A stretch of 58,425 nucleotides of DNA, filler included, from Jimgerdemannia flammicorona (Eukaryota): NCBI GenBank assembly GCA_003990765.1. It is 2 parts of 2 records of this genome, joined end to end, with 100 filler letters (N's around TTAATTAATTAA, not from the genome) between each part and the next. Parts side by side here need not be neighbours in the genome. Positions count along the whole stretch, not along the records: positions 29,286 to 58,425 come from RBNJ01000513.1; 1 more part is not named here. One strand, written 5' to 3'. Made by a program: the position numbers and the translations under genes. Below are positions 53,061 to 58,425 of this stretch, piece by piece (the first letter of the stretch is position 1; every line of letters begins with the position of its first letter). The notes under the pieces were generated by a model, which saw only the letters and a program-made list of their open reading frames with translations, did not search any database and had not been told where the DNA came from.

Positions 53061-53948
53061 TAAATAATAACCACAACTATATAAAATACTCTAAAGATTT
53101 AAATAAATAAATCTTAGTTCAAAATTGAAATCAAAAAGTAAAAGATAAGTCTATCTACTATACTTTAAGAGATATGTCTGCTAAGAGTTACTTGATCTAG
53201 GAAGAATTGTAATACTTAGGAGAAATACTCACTCTAAAGTCACTTCTAGAAGATTGTGAGCTTGATATCATTTTTTACTTCAGTTTACATTTTGATATAA
53301 AGAAGAGAAGTATACTATCTTACTATAAAGCTAGTTTATCTGATATATCTTTATAATTAATCTATTTATAAAAATAAAGCAGTCTTTGATATAACTTTGC
53401 TCAAGAATCTATACTACTAAAGTTATTTACTTTATCTAAAAAATCCACCAATTTAAAAAGAATTTATATTATCTATCATATTTAAGAAATTTATCAAATC
53501 TACCTCATTATACAGAATCTATACTATCTGAGAAATCTGTCAAATCTATCTTATTATATAGAATCTGTATTAGTCAAGATATCTACCAAATTTACTATAT
53601 TATATCAAATTATTACTAAATTAGAAAATTGCCAAAATTATCTATATTTATAAAATAGAGAAACTATAGAATATTTTATTACTTTTTGACAAAGTAACTA
53701 AAGGCTCAAGTTAAACTATATAGTAGCTCCAATCTTATAATTTATCTCTATTGAGCTAGTATATTATAATACTTATAATATATATAGGTAATATAAGTCT
53801 AAAAAGAATAATTAGAATTAGATCTATAAAAGGATTACTAGCAATATATTCTGAGAGTTTCTGTAAGGATTGTATAGAAAACAAAGTATTTTAGCAACTG
53901 TTTGAAAAATGATTAAAGTGTATCTCTAGAATTCTAGATCTTATATAT

Positions 53949-56900
53949 TATAATAGTTGATCTGAATTAAGAATATAAATCAAGAGAATAGATATTTAAT
54001 TATAATATCTAAATCTGATTTCCAAATATAGCTTAGCCTTATAAATAGTAGTTATATTTTACAAATGTAGAAAACTTTGGCAACTATAAAGATTCTATAT
54101 ATTGAAATACTCATAATTATTAAAATCTTATTAGATATGAAAAGAAACTTATAGGAAATATAGTTATAACTTAACCACTTTATAGCTAGCAAACTTATAT
54201 AAATATCTCCAGTATCTAAAGTAAATAAATCTCAGATCAAAATAGTTTAAAGTAAAAGAAAAAGTAAGAGAACTAGTAAGCCTGTGAGCAGATATACATA
54301 CTTTGAACTTATCCACTCCTATATTTAAAGACTCTGTAGAGTTAAAGAAGATCAAGTTTTCAAGATACAGAAATCCAACATGCTTATACAGTTACAAATC
54401 TACTATATTACAACTTAGTGTCTATTAGCTGATGATTTAAGATAAATCTCTTACTTTCAAGCTTAATAATAAGTAACTACTATTACTAAACTAAGATATC
54501 TAGACAAAATAGATATGAGACTACTGGTATTCTCTAGATATACTTTAGATGAATCAATTATTATCTTTCTTGATAATTTCAAGCAGTATATTATCATAAG
54601 GACTCTGACAGTAAGACAGTAAGCAGCTCTCATACTCTTCAGTCTCTAAGGCTCTGCAAGAGCAATATTAACAGCTATAATCCATATAGGAAATGATAAC
54701 AATACTATACTAATAGTATAGAAGGTCTAGCTCTAAGCTACTTACTATATAGACAAGATTAAGTAAGCTCTGAAGAATCAGCTCAATATAATATATCAAG
54801 GAATGAGTAAAGATCTAAATACATTTTACACCAGAATCTGATTTTAGATAATTTTTACAGATTATATAGCCACTATCTGAGATCAAGTAGCCAAAATAAC
54901 CTTTATAAAGAGAGTCTATCTAGAGATAGTCATTGCTATCTGCTCATCACTAGTAGTATTAGATCTATAATAGAAGATCACTTATACTTAGTAATACTGG
55001 ATATATAGCTGGACATCTACAAGACTATAATGAAAAGAGTTACTAGAGTTAGAATTAAAGTATCTAAGACAATCAGTATAATCCCTACTATAGTAATTAA
55101 TTAAAATATATCTTAGCCAAAAGCTACTGAGCAGTAGAAAAATAGTAACTCTATGGAGAAACTTACTAAGAAATTTGCCAAAATAACTACCCACCTAGGA
55201 GATGTGATAAAAAAAAATCAGGAAGAGACTATCACCTAGTTCAAAACTTTGCTATTACTTTAGACAAGAAGAGAGATATCTGCTATGTATATTTATAAAG
55301 AAGAGAATCACTATTTATATGAATATATAAGTGAAACTAAGTATAAGATCTAGTTAAGTAATATTACTTGAAATAGAGAATAAGTCAATATTATTACCTT
55401 CAAAGAAATTGGAGAATTAGATGAAGAAGAATATGTAGGAGGCCTACTCTATACAGACTACTAAGAAGAATATTTATAAGAAATTCTACAAAAGACTACC
55501 AGGGAGACTTAAGAAGAAATCTGTAAAAAAACAGATAGAGACTACTATAGAAAGCCAAGCTAAAGAAATAGACTAATATATGAAGTTGAAATAGACTATT
55601 TAAGATATTATTTAAGAAACTACTCTAGCTAGTGAGAGAAAAAAGGAGAAGAAGCTTTGCAAAACTAAGACCTTTAAGTATGATATCTTTAAGGACCTCA
55701 GCCAATAAAAAGTCAATACAACCTTTGGCCAGCTAATAGAAATTTCTATATTTAGATAGTAAATGAGATATAGACTTATCAAAACAATTAAGGAGCAAGA
55801 TTGGAAGATAACTAAGACCAATAATATTCAAAAAGACTCAAGAGAAGAAAGTAAAGACAATTGCAAGACCTTTGCCTATATAATCTATCAGATTGAAGAT
55901 AGAGTCTTTGAAGCCATTATTGATACTAGAGCAAGAGAATGCCTTCTCAAAAAGAAAGCAATAGACTGCCTAGATTGGGAGGTTGAAGAAGTAATCAAAT
56001 TAGTATTCATTATAGCAGATAGTATAAGAGCTATATCTTTAAGAAAAATCTAAAATATATATTCCCATCAAGCTTAGAGAAGTAAACATCTTAGTAAATG
56101 TAATTATAACTAATACAACTAATTATGACATTTTTTTTTTAGCAACTAATAGCTTCATAAAGCTAGAGTAATAATTGATCTAAATATCCAGAAGATATAA
56201 ATTATCTATTAAAAACAGAAGATATAAATCCTCATCAATATCAATAAAGAAGTTCTATCTAAAATAAAGAAAGAAAAAAGTGAGCAAGAGGAAGCTTATA
56301 TAGTGACTATATAGAAAAAGAAAAAGAAAGTTGAATGAATCAGTAAAAAAGATTAGTATAAGAAGATTATAGAAGGATACATATATACTATAAGGAGTCT
56401 GTTCTCACAGAATTAAGATATACTATATAGAGCATATTAATAATTACTACCAGTATACTAGCAGAATTAAGAAGATCTACTATGAAAGAAGACAGAAGGC
56501 TCTTGAGAAATAGAGAAGAGAAGAGAAGTAGAAAGAAGAGGATGATGAACCACTAGCTCTCCTAGAAGATAGTAATGATGAAGAGAAAATTAAGATCAAA
56601 ATTCAAAAAATCCACCTTAATATAGTTCTACCAGAATATAAGTTAGAGAATGCAGCTGGAATAGATATTACTTCAGTAAAAGAAACTATATCTGAACTCT
56701 AGACAACTACCCTACTTGTAACTAGCCTGGAGATGACTATTCTAAAAGACTATATCAGAATCCTCAAGACAAAAAGTAGCCTAGCTAGAAGTAAAATTAC
56801 TATAAAAGGAGAAGTCATCAATTTAGATTATATTGGAGAAATACTACTCATTGCTAGAAACTACAACTTTACAATTCTATTTTTAATTAAAAAAAAAAAA

Positions 56901-57106
56901 TCTAACTGATATAGATATTAATCTTCCTGGTTCTTCAGCCAAAGATCATAGAAGTTAAGAAGTTGAAGGAAATAGTTAGAGAAAGAAAAGGATTCAGATC
57001 CACTAGAAGAAGAGTATTCATCAGTACTAATATTACTGAACTGGACCACAAGAAGGAGGAAACTACAAATAAGTATAGCTATATATATTATTGAAAATGA
57101 ATTCTC
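53949..57106 (+). mobile_element. Decayed gypsy B-family copy D (LTR 53949-54412, gag, protease, dUTPase), interrupted by a LINE
   Basis: Colinear with 3477-5190 + 11046-11990 + 17853-18345. Contains AIIDTRA protease and AAGIDI dUTPase motif I; preceded by ATAT. Confidence 0.85.
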
Positions 57107-58425
57107 TTTTTTTTTTTTATAGTCACTTGGACTCCTTCCCTTTATTAATCTCATCTATCCCATATAAATACAGTGAGCCCCTCCCACCCTATCCAATCCC
57201 CCTAGGGGGACCCCACCCCCCTACCCCTTCTCGATGAAAGACCACTTTATCTAACACCATTGCCACCCTATGATAGATGTAGGGGAACTTCAGGAGACGG
57301 TGGAATGGTACGAGGCTCATTCCGGGGCAAAACTCAACTGGCATAAGTGTGAGACAATGGTGCTAGGGAATGGGTTGGTGGGTGGGGACGTCATTGGAAC
57401 AATTGTCCCTACTGGTGCGGTGGTGCGATATCTGGGCATCTTCCTCTCTGTCTATGGTTCTGTCTTGCCAAGGGTGTGGTGGGAGAGCAAGGTGTATAGT
57501 TGGGGGGAGGCCCTTCGAGGTTGGGGAGGCCGCCACATCTCTTTGGCAGGGCGGGTGTCAATCCTGAATGTATATTGGTTTCCTAAGCTGTGGTATGTGG
57601 CGTATCATCTGGACTTCCCAGCATGGGTGGTGAAGAAGCTCATAAAGGTGGCTAGGGATTGGATTTGGGCGGGGAGGAGGTCCCAAGTCAGTTGGGATAC
57701 TCTTGCGAGACCGGTAGTCAGGGGAGGTCTTGGCCTGGTGGATTTCCCTAAGAGGCTGCACTGCTTGAGAGCCTGGTGGTTGAAGAGAGCTGTGGAATTG
57801 CGAGGCGGCGGTTGGGTACCTTTGCTGCAGAAGGTATGGGAGATGTGTACGTCCCCTTGAGGGTCCTCCGGGGATCTGCTCTCTTTGGTGGGGCTGAATG
57901 GAGTTCGGAGGCTGCGGTTTAAGGGGTTTTGGTGGGGAGTGGCTGAGGGGGCACACCGTATTGGCCTGCGCTGGCAAGGCGATGAGGGGGAGGCGGCGTG
58001 GGGGCCTAATATGTGGCGTTGGGATAGACTGCTCCTGGGGGGTACTCCCTTGGCTGCATTCAATATTGGGGAGGGAGTGGAGTGTCAGCAGGGGCTTGGC
58101 CGGGATCTTTGGCTGGGTGGCTGGCAGGCAGTTGGGATCAGAGAGGAGTGGGACTGGGCGGGCATCTGGTCTTGGAGTGCTGAGGTCTGGCGATGGCTCC
58201 CTCCCAAGTACAGGGTGGTATGGTGGAGAATGTTGTGGAGGAATGTTATGCTGAATTTCCGCTCAGGGCATTTGGTAGAGGGTGGATAATTTGACTGTGA
58301 GGAGTGTTATGGTGTTGGGCAAGCTGGGGGTTATGTACAGATGCCGGAACATTGGCTGGGGGAGTGTGAGGTCTTGGGGGAGTTTTGGGCAGAGATAGGA
58401 GATAGACTGGGTGTTGGGCGTCAGC
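57107..58425 (-). mobile_element. Young L1-clade LINE with 5' inversion: minus-strand 3' end 57107-57268, plus-strand ORF2 segment from about 57269 to the window end
   Basis: PolyT plus the reverse complement of the LINE 3' terminus, then an open plus-strand ORF2 segment (57270-57860) very similar to 9440-10010. CpGs are retained. Confidence 0.85.

Noticed and set aside
53060..53948. AT-rich segment with degenerate AAATCTA repeats, possibly a DNA-transposon end
   Set aside because: Too decayed to find termini, a TSD or coding motifs; left unassigned.

Overview
Eukaryotic, almost certainly fungal DNA. The single host protein and the TE content suggest an early-diverging, Mucoromycota-like lineage; this is an inference. 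One intact 8-exon gene (long-chain acyl-CoA synthetase ending in the peroxisomal signal AKL, 36840-39760, minus) sits in a CpG-rich island of about 3.7 kb, surrounded by nested, C-to-T-decayed retroelements. These include two full-length Ty3/gypsy elements (B 3477-22190; A 40250-49104) plus partial copies, chromovirus relics, three Ty1/copia relics, and L1-clade LINEs (two full-length with TSDs, several truncated). An artificial 100-nt contig spacer lies at 29186-29285. The most unusual system is a complex gypsy lineage with these features: Gag-PR-(Cys/His)-dUTPase-RT-RNaseH in one frame; integrase in a separate overlapping frame (ATGAATAA start/stop, seen in two families); 4-bp ATAT target duplications; and a protein of about 280-390 aa encoded entirely inside the LTR, whose sequence is conserved between two otherwise unrelated LTR families. 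All coordinates and alignments were done by eye; no database searches were run.
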